Assembly (NCBI GenBank): GCA_046154185.1
Contig: JBJXGE010000068.1
Location: 5,178 to 69,177 of the forward strand
Source of the DNA: Planctomycetota bacterium
GTDB taxonomy: Bacteria > Planctomycetota > UBA8108 > UBA1146 > JAJFFE01
Reading direction: 5' to 3'
DNA: 64,000 bases
Under the pieces are notes generated by a model. It had not been told where the DNA came from and ran no database searches. It saw nothing but the letters and a program-made list of their open reading frames with translations. Shown piece after piece: positions 1-9,600 of this stretch. Numbering within the stretch: position 1 is the first letter of the stretch; every line of letters starts with the position of its first letter. The translations under genes were made by a program, and so were the position numbers.

Positions 1-657
1 ACGGTCGAGGACCCGGTCGAATACCAGATCGAGGGTGTCAACCAGGTGGCCGTGAACGTCAAGCGCGGACTGACCTTCGCGGCGGCGCTGCGTTCGATCC
101 TGCGGCAGGACCCAGACACCATCATGATCGGCGAGATTCGCGACCTCGAGACGGTTGAGATCGCCATCAAGGCCGCGCTGACCGGCCACTTAGTCTTCTC
201 GACGCTCCACACCAACGACGCACCGTCGACGGTGACGCGGATGGTGGACATGGGTGTCGACCCGTTCTTGGTTGCATCCGCCACGCAGTGCATCGCGGCG
301 CAGCGACTTTGCCGGCGACTCTGCAATGAATGCAAGCGGCGCATCGATCTTCCACCGGTGGAACGACTCATACAGCTCGGCTTCAAAGAGAGCGACATCG
401 ATGACCTCGAGATCTACGAGCCGGCGGGTTGCAAGCTGTGTTCGGCCGGCTACAAGGGCCGCTTCGCTCTGCTCGAGACCATGCCGATGTCGGAGAAATT
501 GCGCCGCCTGATCGTCAGCGGCTCGTCGGCGATTGAAATCAAAAGCGTTGCGCAGGAGGAGGGCATGATCTCGCTGCGGCGATGCGGACTGCTCAACGTC
601 ATGCGCGGCAAGACCAGTGTCGAAGAGGTTCTCAATGCGACTATTAGTGATGACTAG
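1..657 (+). CDS. pilB: Type IV pilus / type II secretion assembly ATPase (GspE/PilB family); only the 3' part is present because the window edge cuts the gene
   Basis: Frame 1 is open from nt 1 ([15 protein letters not shown]...). It carries the Asp box [12 protein letters not shown], the His box [14 protein letters not shown] and the tetracysteine motif CRRLCNEC...[11 protein letters not shown] typical of GspE/PilB ATPases. pilC follows 38 nt downstream. Confidence 0.9.
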   Translation, partial: TVEDPVEYQIEGVNQVAVNVKRGLTFAAALRSILRQDPDTIMIGEIRDLETVEIAIKAALTGHLVFSTLHTNDAPSTVTRMVDMGVDPFLVASATQCIAAQRLCRRLCNECKRRIDLPPVERLIQLGFKESDIDDLEIYEPAGCKLCSAGYKGRFALLETMPMSEKLRRLIVSGSSAIEIKSVAQEEGMISLRRCGLLNVMRGKTSVEEVLNATISDD

Positions 658-695
658 CATCGCGGTTTGGCCGCGGAGACCCAAGGAGTAGCGGC

Positions 696-1958
696 ATGAG
701 GCAGTACAAGTACACGTCGAGGAACGCGCAAGGCAAAGTCGTGACCGGCGTCATCGACGCGGAGACGGAGAACGACGCGGTTGCCGAGCTCCGTCGTCGT
801 GGTTTGACGATCATGTCGCTCGCGGGCGGACGCGGCGGCACGAGCGCTTCGAAGGGCGGCTCGTCGTTCTTTGGCAAAGTCACCGGCAAGAAAAAAGAAG
901 GCGGCTCGGCCTCGCGCAAGCGCATTAGGAGCGCCGACCTCGTGCTTGTCACGCGGCAGCTCGCGACCATGGTGTCGGCCGGTATTCCATTGGTTGAAGG
1001 CCTCGAAATCATCGAGGATCAATCGTCGAATCCCGCGTTGTGCGCCGTGCTCGGCGAAGTCGTCGCTGACGTCCGGTCGGGCAAAGACCTTTCGCAAGCT
1101 CTGATCCGCCACCCACGCGCTTTCTCGGACATCTTCGTGAACATGATTCGCGCGGGGGAAGCCTCGGGTCAGCTCGACATCGTGCTCGATCGTTTGGCCG
1201 AGTACATGGAGGATGCCGAGAAGCTCAAGGGCGAGATCAAGTCGGCGATGACCTATCCGGTCGTGTCGCTCGTGATGGTGCTTGGCATCACCTTGTTCTT
1301 GCTGATCTTCATCATCCCCAAGTTCAAAGAGATGTTCGTGACCATGAACGTCGAGCTGCCGTGGATCACGGCCTTCTTGCTCAAGCTCTCGGCGTTTCTT
1401 AAAGACAACATCTTGCTGTGGTCGGGCGGCGTGGTCGCGATCATCATCGGCATCGCGATGTACTTCCGTACGCCGAAGGGGCACTACGTCCGGGACTGGT
1501 TGCTGCTCCGGGCGCCGGTTTTCGGCTCCTTGTTCTCGAAGGTCTCGATCTCACGCTTCAGTCGCACGTTCGCGACGCTCATTCAAAGTGGCGTGCCGAT
1601 TCTCGGCGCGCTCGAGATCGTCTCGCAAACCACGGGCAACTTGGTCTTCTCGGAAGCGATCGACAACGCCTCAAAATCAGTGCGCGAGGGTGAGACGCTT
1701 GGCGATCCCTTGTCGAAGACCGGCGTGTTTCCGCCGATGGTGACGCGCATGGTGAGTATTGGCGAACGGGCAGGCGCGCTCGAGGCATTGCTTGAGAAGA
1801 TCTCGGAATTCTACGACCAACAAGTCTCCGCGACCGTCAAGTCGCTGACCTCGCTCATCGAGCCGATCATGATCGGCGTCATGGGCTTTCTGGTGGGCGG
1901 CATGGTCATGGCGATCTTCCTCCCAATCTTCAAGATGATCGGCAGCATGTCGAAGTGA
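696..1958 (+). CDS. pilC: Type IV pilus / T2SS inner-membrane platform protein (PilC/GspF family)
   Basis: 420 aa with two GspF-type repeats (MIRAGEASGQLD and MVSIGERAGALE) and hydrophobic helices in the expected positions. It sits directly after the ATPase gene. Confidence 0.9.
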   Translation: MRQYKYTSRNAQGKVVTGVIDAETENDAVAELRRRGLTIMSLAGGRGGTSASKGGSSFFGKVTGKKKEGGSASRKRIRSADLVLVTRQLATMVSAGIPLVEGLEIIEDQSSNPALCAVLGEVVADVRSGKDLSQALIRHPRAFSDIFVNMIRAGEASGQLDIVLDRLAEYMEDAEKLKGEIKSAMTYPVVSLVMVLGITLFLLIFIIPKFKEMFVTMNVELPWITAFLLKLSAFLKDNILLWSGGVVAIIIGIAMYFRTPKGHYVRDWLLLRAPVFGSLFSKVSISRFSRTFATLIQSGVPILGALEIVSQTTGNLVFSEAIDNASKSVREGETLGDPLSKTGVFPPMVTRMVSIGERAGALEALLEKISEFYDQQVSATVKSLTSLIEPIMIGVMGFLVGGMVMAIFLPIFKMIGSMSK

Positions 1959-3661
1959 TTGCACGCATGCTCAACGCCCGGCGCAGATCGAGGCGATCCG
2001 CGCCGGGAAGCGGGGCACCATCAGGGCTGAGTCGTCCGGTGGTGCTTCTCATTTATCAAAGCGGCATGCTGTTGTTGGGCGTGCTCATGCTGGCCTTCAC
2101 CGAAGGGCGGCGGACACCCGTTGACGGACAGCCGTTGCCGCTCGTGTACAGCGTCATGCTCTTGTGGTGCGCGGTGCAAGTCGCGGCGATCGTGTTCGCA
2201 ATGTGCCGCGCGCCGACGCTGTTCGGCGTGCGCTTACGCACTGCGGCCGACGTGACGTTTAGTCTCGCGATCATCTGGCTCACCGGCGGCGTCACCTCGC
2301 TGTTTTTGCCGATTCTATTCGCCAACATCCTCGCGACGAGCACGTTTCTTGGCATGCGCCGCGCGCTCATCGTTGCGCACGCGGCGACGCTGGCGCTCGC
2401 GGGCATGACGACGTGCGAACTCTCGGGGTGGCGACTTGCGGACTTGGCCAGTGTCGGGCCATTGCCGCTCGGCGATCGCAGTGTGCCGTTTTTGCTCTCG
2501 AGTCTCATCTGCCAAGGCATGGCGTTGCACGTCATCGCGTTTCTCGGCGCTCGCCTCATGCATGGGCTCCAGCGCGCGGAATGGCTCAACGATCGTATCG
2601 TGGAGCACATGGGAGATGGCCTGGTCGCGCTCGACGAGCAAGGGCTGATGATCCTGATGAACGATGAAGCGTTGCGACTGTTTGGTTATCCCCCGGAAAC
2701 CAATTGGCGCCATCTGTCGCCGCGCGCCGTGTTTCGACGTTCTGATGACGAGCCAATTCTCAACACGTTCCTCAAGCCAGTGGCCGGCGTTCAGCGCATG
2801 GCTTGGCGGGTGTCGCGGGACCGCCTCGTGCCGGTTTCGGTGCGCAGCTCGGAGATACAAATCGCTTCAGGTCGGCGCATGTGGCTCTTCATGATTCACG
2901 ACCTCTCGGTCGAACAACGCGCCGCCGAAGCCGAAGCGCGCGTGCGCGGGCTCGAGCAGTTGCAGGACGTTGCCTATGGCCTCGTCCACGAGATCCGCAA
3001 CCCACTCGCGTCGATTCGCGGCTGCGTGCAGGAACTCGGTCTCGGGCGCGTCACGAAGGATCAAGCGGCCAAGTTATGCGGCATCGTGCTGCGCGAGTCG
3101 GATCGCCTCGATCGAATCGTCAACGAGTTCTTCGAATCATCGAGCGCCGCGCCGACGAAGCCGGAGTCTGTCGACGTACTCGCATGCGTCCGCGCGGTGG
3201 TTGAGAGTCTGCGCGCCCGTCCAGATGCCAGGCTCGTGAGAATCGAGATCGAGGCCGCACCGGATCTCGACGCCGTCGTGCAAGCGCAAGGCGAGCTCAT
3301 CTATCGCATGATCCTGAATCTTGGCGTCAACGCCATCGAAGCCAGCCAGGCCGATGGCCTCGTCAAGTTCACGGTCAAACGGGGCGATGCCGACGGCTGC
3401 GTGCTCATCGTTCGCGATCAAGGGTGCGGAATGGACGAAGCGACGCGCAAACGCATCTTCAACCCGTTCTTCACGACCAAGGCGCGCGAAGGCGGCCTAG
3501 GCTTGGCGCTCGTCGATCGCATCGTGCACGGCCATGGCGGCTCCATACAGGTCGAGAGCAGCCCCGGCAAAGGGACAAGTTTTCAGATATGGCTGCCGAA
3601 ACAACTGCCGCAATTCGATCCGACTGAGTCGAGTCTCGTCAACCAAGGAGCGGTCGTATGA
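1955..3661 (+). CDS. pilS: Membrane sensor histidine kinase, PilS-like (polytopic N-terminus, PAS-like segment, HisKA, HATPase)
   Basis: The GTG start overlaps the pilC stop (GTGA). The first ~200 aa are strongly hydrophobic (several TM helices). H-box LVHEIRNPLASIRG, N-box LNLGVNAIEA, G-boxes VRDQGCGMD and GGLGLALV. The PilS name rests only on context with pilBC and the sigma54 regulator. Confidence 0.75.
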   Translation: MIARMLNARRRSRRSAPGSGAPSGLSRPVVLLIYQSGMLLLGVLMLAFTEGRRTPVDGQPLPLVYSVMLLWCAVQVAAIVFAMCRAPTLFGVRLRTAADVTFSLAIIWLTGGVTSLFLPILFANILATSTFLGMRRALIVAHAATLALAGMTTCELSGWRLADLASVGPLPLGDRSVPFLLSSLICQGMALHVIAFLGARLMHGLQRAEWLNDRIVEHMGDGLVALDEQGLMILMNDEALRLFGYPPETNWRHLSPRAVFRRSDDEPILNTFLKPVAGVQRMAWRVSRDRLVPVSVRSSEIQIASGRRMWLFMIHDLSVEQRAAEAEARVRGLEQLQDVAYGLVHEIRNPLASIRGCVQELGLGRVTKDQAAKLCGIVLRESDRLDRIVNEFFESSSAAPTKPESVDVLACVRAVVESLRARPDARLVRIEIEAAPDLDAVVQAQGELIYRMILNLGVNAIEASQADGLVKFTVKRGDADGCVLIVRDQGCGMDEATRKRIFNPFFTTKAREGGLGLALVDRIVHGHGGSIQVESSPGKGTSFQIWLPKQLPQFDPTESSLVNQGAVV

Positions 3662-5046
3662 GTGAACCCAGCGATCCGAGCTGCGATGTGCTCGTCGTCG
3701 ACGACGAAAGCAGCATGCGCGAGTTCCTCGAGATCGTGTTGAGCAACGAGGGGCTCACGATCGCCACGGCGAGCGGCGGCGAAGAAGCGCTCGACTTGCT
3801 CGAGCGCCGGCGGCCCCGCGTGTTCATTCAAGATTTGCGCATGGGCGGACTCGATGGGACGGTACTGCTCGAGTCGGTCAAGCGTCGACGCCCGGAGATG
3901 CCGGTCATTGTGATCACGGCCTATTCGAGCTGGGAGAACGCAGTCGAGGCGATGCGACTCGGTGCGTTCGACTACATCAAGAAGCCGTTCGACACCGATC
4001 ACATTCGCAGCGTCGTGCACCGCGCTCTACAACTCAGCGCCGCGGGTGGCGAACCGCAGAGTGGTTGTCGACCGATGGTCGGCAATACCGCGCCGATGCA
4101 AAAAGTCTACGAGCTGATCAAAAAGGTCGCGCCCACGGATTCGACCGTGCTCGTGCGCGGCGAGAGCGGCACTGGCAAGGAGCTTGTTGCTCGTTCGATT
4201 CACTCCAGTTCGCACCGTCGCCACGGCAATTTCGTGGCGGTGAACTGCTCGGCGTTCAGCGAGAGCCTGCTCGAGAGCGAGCTGTTCGGGCACGTCCGCG
4301 GCGCCTTCACCGGCGCGGTTGAGAATCGCAAAGGCCTGTTCGTCTCGGCGCACGGCGGCACGCTGTTTCTCGATGAGGTTGCTGACATGAGCGCGAGCAC
4401 ACAGGTGAAGATCTTGCGCGCGCTCGAAGAGCGGCGAGTCACACCGGTCGGTAGCACCGACGAGGTCCGAATCGACGTGCGCATCATCGCCGCAACGAAT
4501 CGCGATCTCGAGCTCGACATCCGGGCCGGCAGATTTCGTGAGGACTTGTTCTACCGACTCAATGTCATTCCGCTCTACTTGCCGCCGCTGCGTGAGCGCG
4601 CCGACGATATCGCAATGCTCGCCGGGCATTTCATCGCGCGGTACGCGGCGTCCATGAATAGACCGGTTCGGTCGTTGTCGTCCCGCGCGCGTTCGGCGCT
4701 CATCGGCTATAGCTGGCCGGGCAACGTGCGCGAGCTCGAGAACGTCATTCAACGACACGTTGCGCTCAGCGAGGGGACCGAGATCGACTCCATCGAGCTG
4801 CCGGGTGTCGATCGCGCCGTCGCGACGATTGCGCCGGCCGTGGCTCAAGGCCAATTCGAAGTGCCGGCCGAGGGAATCTTGCTCGACGATATTCTCGAGG
4901 AGATTGAACGCCGTTACTTGACGCAAGCACTGGAGCAGGCCGAGGGCAATCTCACCAAAGCGGCGAAGATTCTCGGTCTCAGCTACCGATCGATTCGCTA
5001 CAAGGTGAAAAAGCTCGGGGTCCGAGATCACGTCTCGATGAACTGA
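3658..5046 (+). CDS. pilR: Sigma54-dependent response regulator (NtrC family, PilR-like)
   Basis: ATGA overlap with the kinase gene. Receiver domain (VLVVDDE, FIQDLRMGGLDG), AAA+ Walker A GESGTGKE, ESELFGH...GAFTGA sigma54-contact motif, and a C-terminal Fis-type HTH (LTKAAKILGLSYRSIRYKVKKLG). Confidence 0.85.
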   Translation: MSEPSDPSCDVLVVDDESSMREFLEIVLSNEGLTIATASGGEEALDLLERRRPRVFIQDLRMGGLDGTVLLESVKRRRPEMPVIVITAYSSWENAVEAMRLGAFDYIKKPFDTDHIRSVVHRALQLSAAGGEPQSGCRPMVGNTAPMQKVYELIKKVAPTDSTVLVRGESGTGKELVARSIHSSSHRRHGNFVAVNCSAFSESLLESELFGHVRGAFTGAVENRKGLFVSAHGGTLFLDEVADMSASTQVKILRALEERRVTPVGSTDEVRIDVRIIAATNRDLELDIRAGRFREDLFYRLNVIPLYLPPLRERADDIAMLAGHFIARYAASMNRPVRSLSSRARSALIGYSWPGNVRELENVIQRHVALSEGTEIDSIELPGVDRAVATIAPAVAQGQFEVPAEGILLDDILEEIERRYLTQALEQAEGNLTKAAKILGLSYRSIRYKVKKLGVRDHVSMN

Positions 5047-6177
5047 GTGGCAACTATGTACGCGAGCGTCGTCGTGCCGGTGCGCAACAACAGAGACGGG
5101 CTCGCGCGCTGCGTCGCGGCGCTCCGGGCGCAGTCGATAGCGCTGGAGATCATTGTCGTCGACGATGGCTCGAGCGATGGCGGCGCCGACGTGGCGCGCG
5201 CACTCGGCGCCATCGTGCTCGACACTGATGGACGCGGCGCCGCCGCGGCGCGCAACTGCGGCGTGCGTGCGGCGCGGGGCGCGCAAGTGCTCTTCACGGA
5301 TAGCGACTGCGTACCGGCGCCCAACTGGGCGGCTCGCCTCCTCGGCGCGCTCGGCGCCGGAGTGATCGCGAGTAAAGGCGTCTATGCGAGTCGACAGGGC
5401 TCGGCGACGGCGCAGTTCGTACAGCTCGAGTACGAAGAGCGCTACCGACGCATGCAGCGCCGGGGCGGCGATATCGACTTTCTCGATACGTATTCGCTCG
5501 CAGTGGATCGCGCAGCGCTCTGTGCGATCGGTGGCTTCGACGAGCGCTTTCGCGGCGCGAGCGTCGAGGATCAAGAGATGTCTTTCCGCTTACTCGCGCG
5601 TGGACGCTTTGTGTTCGTGCCGGACGCCGTGGTCGAGCACCAACATGCTGCAACGTTGTGGCACTACGCGCGCAAGAAGTTCCACATTGGACGTGGCAAG
5701 GCCGCCGTCCTGCGGCGCCATCCGAATCGAGCGCAAGGCGATAGTCACACGCCGTCCACGCTGCGGTGGCAAGTGATGTTGACGCTGCTCGTGTGCGTGG
5801 CGACGCCGACGAGCTATTGGTGGAGCGGAACGGCGAGCCTTGCGTGTCTCGGCGTCGGCGCGCTGGCACCTGCCCTGCTGAGTATGCCGCTCGTCATCGC
5901 AAACGGGCGCCGGCATGGTCTTCGCGGCCTCGCTTCTGCGCTCGCGCACTCGACCGTTCGCGCGTGGGCGCTCGCGCTCGGACTTGTGAGTGGGGCGCTG
6001 CGACCGGCGGTCCGCCTCGACGGTGGCGTACAGAGTTGCTTGCCGCTCGTGTCGGCGACCGAGCCAGTTTCGCTCGAACCGTCTTCGCCCGAAACACTGG
6101 CACCGCGCGCGCTCACCGCGCTTCGAGAGGGAAGTCCGCAGGAAGCAAGGGAGCGCGGAGTTGTCGTTGCCGAATGA
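5047..6177 (+). CDS. Family 2 glycosyltransferase with a hydrophobic C-terminal extension
   Basis: GTG 5047 abuts the pilR stop (TGAGTG); ATG 5056 is an alternative start. GT2 motifs VVVPVRNN, VVDDGSSDG and the DXD-like TDSDC are present. The C-terminal third has TM-like segments. Confidence 0.8.
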   Translation: MATMYASVVVPVRNNRDGLARCVAALRAQSIALEIIVVDDGSSDGGADVARALGAIVLDTDGRGAAAARNCGVRAARGAQVLFTDSDCVPAPNWAARLLGALGAGVIASKGVYASRQGSATAQFVQLEYEERYRRMQRRGGDIDFLDTYSLAVDRAALCAIGGFDERFRGASVEDQEMSFRLLARGRFVFVPDAVVEHQHAATLWHYARKKFHIGRGKAAVLRRHPNRAQGDSHTPSTLRWQVMLTLLVCVATPTSYWWSGTASLACLGVGALAPALLSMPLVIANGRRHGLRGLASALAHSTVRAWALALGLVSGALRPAVRLDGGVQSCLPLVSATEPVSLEPSSPETLAPRALTALREGSPQEARERGVVVAE

Positions 6178-8152
6178 AACGCCACCGATCGCTCGCCAGG
6201 GCGGTTGGTTCGTACTGTTCTTCGTCGTCTGGGCCGCTGCCGTACTCTGCGGCTACGCGCTTTGGCGCACCGAGGACTTGCAGCCGATGTTGGCCGCGAT
6301 CTTGAGTCGCGTTGTCGACATCGCGGCGCCGATCGCGCTCGTGGTGCTGTACTTGCCGGCCGGCAGTTGGCTCTTGCGAAAGCTCGTAAGATCGCCGTTG
6401 GATGCGACCGGCTACTTGCTCGCGAGCACCGCGCTCGGTTTGGGCGTCGCGATCCATGTCGCTATTCTCTGCGGCGTTTGTCAGGCGCTCCATGTGCTGC
6501 CGCTTGCGCTCGTGCCGTGCGTATTGTGTGGGTGTTTTCAGCGCGAGTGGCGCGACCTGTTCGTGAATGCTCGCAAAGTCTGGCGCGAGCTTCGCGCCAG
6601 TGCTCGCACCTGGCCAGTCGCGCTCACGCTCGGAGTCCTGGGCGTTAGCCTGGTGATGGCGCTGGCCCCGGAAGTCTCGCAGGATGCCTTGCATTACCAC
6701 TTGGCGGTTCCGGCGGCTTGGCTCGATGCCGGCGGCTTTTGCGAAGTGCCCGGCAATGTCTATGCGCGTTTCCCGATGCACCTCGAAATGCTCTTTCTGA
6801 GCGGTCTCGCGGTGCGTGGCGAGATCTCGGCTAAACTCTTTCATTGGCTGTTCGCCGTCGGCTGTTGTTGGGTGCTCCGTCGCATCACGTCGCGAACCTG
6901 TGGAAGCGGCGCCGCGAACTGGGCGGCGCTCTTATTCATCTCGATCCCGACGGTGTTCCGTGTCGCGAGTTGGGCCTATGTCGATCTCGGACTCGTGTTC
7001 TTCTTGTTGCTCGCCTGGGATGCGCTCCTCGAGAATCGCCAATTCGCGGCGCATCGTTATTGGCTTCCAGGTTTCCTCGTCGGCATGGCCTGTGGCATCA
7101 AGTACACCGCGTTGCCCATCGCGGCCTTGTTTGCCATCGTGTGCGTTTGTCAGGCGCCGCTCGGGCGGCGACTCCAAAGCGCCTGCGAGTTTGTGAGCAT
7201 TGCGTTGTTGGCGGGCGGCTTCTGGTATGTGCGCAACCTGGTCGAACTCGGCAATCCCGTCTTTCCGTTTCTCTACGACTACCTCGGCGGCGCCGGGTGG
7301 GACGCCGAGCGCGCGGCGGCCTACGCCACATCGCTCAGAGAATGGGGACAACTCGACTGGGCGCTGCCGCTGCGTGTGACTTTCGACGCGATCTTTTGGT
7401 CGGTCGGGCGCTTCGATGGCATCGTCGGCCCCGCGTTCCTCCTCGGTTTGCCGCTCGCGATCCTCGCGATCGTGCAGCGACCGCAAGCGCGTTTGACCGG
7501 ATTCATTGCGCTGGCGCTGGGAATTTCCTGGATCGCAACGACGCGGCAGATTCGCTTTCTGTTGCCGGCGCTGGCGTTCTTCTCCGTGCTGATTCCTATC
7601 GGTTGGGAGTGCTTGGGCGCCGGCACCGCGCGTCGCGCCGCGAGTCGCTTCGCGGGCATCGCCGTGCTGTTTGCGCTGTCGTCACACGTCGTGTTGTTTT
7701 GTCGCGACGCGCCGCTCGCGCACGCGGTTGGGCTCGAAAGCGCGGATTCGGTTCGGGCTCGGCTCCTGCCCGGCGGCGACTTCGGGCTCTTTCAACGCCT
7801 CGAGCAAGTCGTGCCCGAGGACGGGAGAATCCTCTTCGGCGCCTGCGGCAATCCGGTCTTTCTGTGTAAGCGCGACTATCACGCCGACTCGGTCGTCGAG
7901 AATTACACGGTCAAGATGATGCTCGCGGCGGGCGGTACGACCGCCGGATTGCGCGACGAGTTTACAACTCGCGGGTTCACGCACCTCTTGTTCCACTGGC
8001 CGCTTGTGTTCGGCGAGAGCGGCGTGCAGAGCGACCTCACACGCGCGCAGCAACAGCTCTTGAGCGAGTTCCTCAACCGTCACGCGACGATGACGGACCG
8101 CGCCGGCGAAACTGTTCTGTATCGCCTCAATGTCGGACGGGCGCCACCATGA
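6161..8152 (+). CDS. Polytopic membrane protein, GT-C-fold (ArnT/PMT-like) glycosyltransferase candidate
   Basis: The track ORF opens at 5990, but that part overlaps the GT2 gene. The hydrophobic protein begins at in-frame TTG 6161 (or 6167), preceded by AAGGGAG/GGAG. It has more than 10 hydrophobic helices. An early loop, SQDALHYHL, resembles the Asp-containing first loop of ArnT/PMT enzymes. ATGA overlap with the next gene. Confidence 0.55.
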   Translation: MSLPNETPPIARQGGWFVLFFVVWAAAVLCGYALWRTEDLQPMLAAILSRVVDIAAPIALVVLYLPAGSWLLRKLVRSPLDATGYLLASTALGLGVAIHVAILCGVCQALHVLPLALVPCVLCGCFQREWRDLFVNARKVWRELRASARTWPVALTLGVLGVSLVMALAPEVSQDALHYHLAVPAAWLDAGGFCEVPGNVYARFPMHLEMLFLSGLAVRGEISAKLFHWLFAVGCCWVLRRITSRTCGSGAANWAALLFISIPTVFRVASWAYVDLGLVFFLLLAWDALLENRQFAAHRYWLPGFLVGMACGIKYTALPIAALFAIVCVCQAPLGRRLQSACEFVSIALLAGGFWYVRNLVELGNPVFPFLYDYLGGAGWDAERAAAYATSLREWGQLDWALPLRVTFDAIFWSVGRFDGIVGPAFLLGLPLAILAIVQRPQARLTGFIALALGISWIATTRQIRFLLPALAFFSVLIPIGWECLGAGTARRAASRFAGIAVLFALSSHVVLFCRDAPLAHAVGLESADSVRARLLPGGDFGLFQRLEQVVPEDGRILFGACGNPVFLCKRDYHADSVVENYTVKMMLAAGGTTAGLRDEFTTRGFTHLLFHWPLVFGESGVQSDLTRAQQQLLSEFLNRHATMTDRAGETVLYRLNVGRAPP

Positions 8153-9600
8153 AGCGAATGCGCAATTGGACCGAGCGCACGAGTGGGCTCGTCTTCCTAG
8201 TACTTCTCGATTCGCTCGCGTTGTTCGACGCGTTTGCGCTCGGCTATTTGTGCCGCTTTCAATGGTCGAGCACGCCGAGTTGGTTGCCGAACGGCTGGAT
8301 CGGGGATTTCGCGCCGCCCGCGCCGGGCGAGTATCTCAAGGCATGGGGTCTCACGATTTATCTCGTGCTGCTCTTGTTCCACGCTTACGGGCTTTACAAC
8401 CGCGACCGTCTGCGCGAGCCGATCGACAGCGTGCCGCCAGTGTTGCGCGCGGGGAGCGCGGCGCTCTTGTTGATGCTCGCGAGCAGTTACTTTTATCGCG
8501 GCTTCTCTTACAGTCGGCTCGCGGTGCTTTACTCGTGCGGTTTTGCGCTGTTGCTAGTGGGGTTGTTTCGCGCGACCTTTGAGTCCTACCGCAAGAACTT
8601 GAAACGCTGCGCCGCGAGCACCTTGCCGATCGTGTTGGTGGGCAGTCGCGATATTCCGCAGTTTCTTGCGCAGCGCATCGAAGAGGACCCTTGCCACGGA
8701 TATCGCATCGTCGGAATCGTGGATGACGTCGAGATCACGAGCGACAACTTTCTCGGTCTGCCGCGCGGACGATTCGAGGATCTGCCCGCCCTGATCGATC
8801 GCACCGGCGCTCGCGAAGTCTTGATCGGGCATCCCGCCGTTGGACATCACCAATTGCTCCAGCTGATCGAAGCCTGCGAAGCCCGCGATGTGTGCATTCG
8901 CATGGTGCCGGCGACCTACGACTTGCTCATCGATCTGAGCGATCTGGCCGAGGTTGGTGGAATACCGCTCGTCATGGTGAATGAGCGCCGCCACCGACCG
9001 CTCTACGGCGCGGCGAAACGCGTGCTCGATGTCGTGGGCGCGCTGGCGCTACTGTCCATCGCGGTTCCGATCCTGGTGATCGCGGCCATCTGCATTCGGC
9101 TCGACTCGCGCGGGCCAGCTTGCTTTCGCCAAAACCGTGTTGGACGCGACGGCAAGACTTTTCGCATCTGGAAATTGCGCACGATGGTCGTGGACGCCGA
9201 AGCGCAGCTCAAGGGCCTCGTCGATCTCGATGGCCTCGCCGAGCCGGTCTTCAAACTCGAACGCGATCCGCGTGTGACGCGAGTCGGCCGCTGGCTGCGT
9301 CGCACCAGCATCGATGAGCTGCCACAACTTCTGAATGTGTTGCGCGGCGAAATGTCGTTGGTGGGACCGCGTCCGGAAGAAAGTCAGATCGTCGCGCGCT
9401 ACGACGTTTGGGAACGACGGCGGCTCAAATTGAAACCGGGACTCACGGGCCTCCAGCAGATTCATTGTCGCGGGAGCAACTCGCTCAAGCAGCGTGTGCG
9501 CTGGGATATACTCTACTTGCGCAAACAATCGCTGCTGCTCGATCTTTGGATCTTGCTGCGTACAGTAGTGGCCGTGGTTCACGGGAGGGGCGCGCGTTGA
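8149..9600 (+). CDS. Polyprenyl-phosphate glycosylphosphotransferase (WbaP/bacterial sugar transferase family), the initiating enzyme
   Basis: 483 aa with N-terminal TM helices and a central Rossmann-like segment. The C-terminal motif is RIWKLRTM...DELPQLLNVLRGEMSLVGPRP. Confidence 0.88.
   Translation: MKRMRNWTERTSGLVFLVLLDSLALFDAFALGYLCRFQWSSTPSWLPNGWIGDFAPPAPGEYLKAWGLTIYLVLLLFHAYGLYNRDRLREPIDSVPPVLRAGSAALLLMLASSYFYRGFSYSRLAVLYSCGFALLLVGLFRATFESYRKNLKRCAASTLPIVLVGSRDIPQFLAQRIEEDPCHGYRIVGIVDDVEITSDNFLGLPRGRFEDLPALIDRTGAREVLIGHPAVGHHQLLQLIEACEARDVCIRMVPATYDLLIDLSDLAEVGGIPLVMVNERRHRPLYGAAKRVLDVVGALALLSIAVPILVIAAICIRLDSRGPACFRQNRVGRDGKTFRIWKLRTMVVDAEAQLKGLVDLDGLAEPVFKLERDPRVTRVGRWLRRTSIDELPQLLNVLRGEMSLVGPRPEESQIVARYDVWERRRLKLKPGLTGLQQIHCRGSNSLKQRVRWDILYLRKQSLLLDLWILLRTVVAVVHGRGAR

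Noticed and set aside
4027-5574. 515-aa minus-strand ORF spanning the pilR-like and GT2 genes
   Set aside because: It is antisense to two genes with unambiguous motifs (GESGTGKE, GAFTGA, GT2 DXD). Its product is Arg/Ala-rich with no recognisable motif and no RBS. Long stop-free antisense frames are expected in GC-rich DNA.
5864-5879. TGGCACCTGCCCTGCT, a correctly spaced sigma54-type match
   Set aside because: It lies inside the GT2 coding region, about 280 nt from the next start. My rough composition-based estimate is about one such hit by chance per 64 kb on two strands. A weaker match, TGGCACCGCGCGCGCT at 6098-6113, lacks the -12 TGC.
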